The translations under genes and the position numbers were made by a program. The notes under the pieces are model-generated. The model saw nothing but the letters and a program-made list of their open reading frames with translations, was not told the origin of the DNA and searched no databases. A stretch of DNA of 63,878 nt, the filler included, from Sandaracinaceae bacterium (GTDB lineage Bacteria > Myxococcota_A > Polyangia > Polyangiales > JADJQN01), in the NCBI GenBank assembly GCA_947483975.1. It is 7 parts of 7 records of this genome, joined end to end, with 100 filler letters (N's around TTAATTAATTAA, not from the genome) between each part and the next. Parts side by side here need not be neighbours in the genome. Positions count along the whole stretch, not along the records: positions 56,249 to 63,878 come from CANKOL010000260.1; 6 more parts are not named here. One strand, given 5' to 3'. This document shows positions 63,337 to 63,878 of the stretch, in pieces (the stretch's first letter is position 1; each line of letters begins with the position of its first letter).

Positions 63337-63878
63337 CCACGGCGCGCGCGGCGCTGCTCGCCGGGCTCTGCGCTGGGCTCTTCCTCGGGCTGCTCGGGGC
63401 GTGCGCTGCGCCAAACGCGAGCGCCCGGGTCGCGCGCCGGCTCGGCGGAGAGCGCACGGACGGGGCCTTCGTGTCCCCGACGTCCTACGAGCTCTTCGTG
63501 CGGGCAGAGCTCGCGAGCTCCAACCAGCGCTGGGCTGAGGCCGTCCAGTTCTATCGGCTCGCGCTCGCGGGTGCCGCGGAGGACCCGCTCGTGCTCGCCA
63601 GGCTCGCGGTGGCGCTGGCGCGCGCGGGGCGCTTCGAGGACGCCGACGCGGCCGTCGCCCGCGCGCTGGAGCTCGACGCGGAGTCCGAAGCCGCGTTCCT
63701 GGCGCGTGGGGACGTGGCGCTTCTGCGTGACGACCGGGCGACCGCCGTCGCCGCATACGAGCATGCCGCCGAGGCCGCACCGGAGAGCGAGCAGGGCCCC
63801 ATGCGCCTCGCCGCGACGCTTCGCGCGCTCGGCGCCGAAGCTCGCGCGAACGCAGTCTTGGCCCGGCTAGCTCAGCGC
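63333..63878 (+). CDS. TPR lipoprotein (partial, runs off the window)
   Basis: Manual translation LLGAC..YELFVRAELA..EAVQFYRLAL..RFEDADAAVARALELD. Start is uncertain (GTG 63291 or CTG 63333). Confidence 0.7.
   Translation, partial: MTTARAALLAGLCAGLFLGLLGACAAPNASARVARRLGGERTDGAFVSPTSYELFVRAELASSNQRWAEAVQFYRLALAGAAEDPLVLARLAVALARAGRFEDADAAVARALELDAESEAAFLARGDVALLRDDRATAVAAYEHAAEAAPESEQGPMRLAATLRALGAEARANAVLARLAQR

Overview
Very GC-rich sequence whose gene content (Hanks-type kinases, sigma-54 activators, VWA/Cys-rich lipoproteins, PEGA/TPR proteins, an MJ0042-type zinc finger and an MglA-like protein) points to a myxobacterium, probably Polyangiales-like. The window is not one locus. It holds seven contigs joined by artificial 100-nt linkers (N44-TTAATTAATTAA-N44). 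The six segments that end in a linker shrink steadily (9340, 9337, 9333, 9275, 9187, 9176 nt), so no synteny can be read across linkers. Most genes are ordinary metabolic, transport or signalling genes (metH, SOD, HD hydrolase, ABC transporters, three sigma-54 activators, a FadF-like Fe-S protein). Best candidates for new biology: (1) contig 1, where two toxin-antitoxin pairs bracket a 9-10 unit, 42-43 bp dual-block repeat array, an unknown all-helical gene and a HerA/FtsK-type ATPase; (2) a cas-less array of ten palindromic AAGCTSAGCT cores at 41-42 bp spacing, next to a tandem-DUF1566 lipoprotein gene with decayed paralog fragments; (3) four sequence-unrelated intergenic arrays on four contigs that all share a ~42 bp period; (4) odd signalling proteins: an MglA-like pseudo-GTPase, TerB-PPP phosphatase, kinase-PilZ, MshEN-REC-TPR and Spo0M-Tudor; (5) an isolated divergent fliO/sctR pair around an unannotated 40-aa basic ORF. 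All family calls come from motif recognition by eye; no database search was run.
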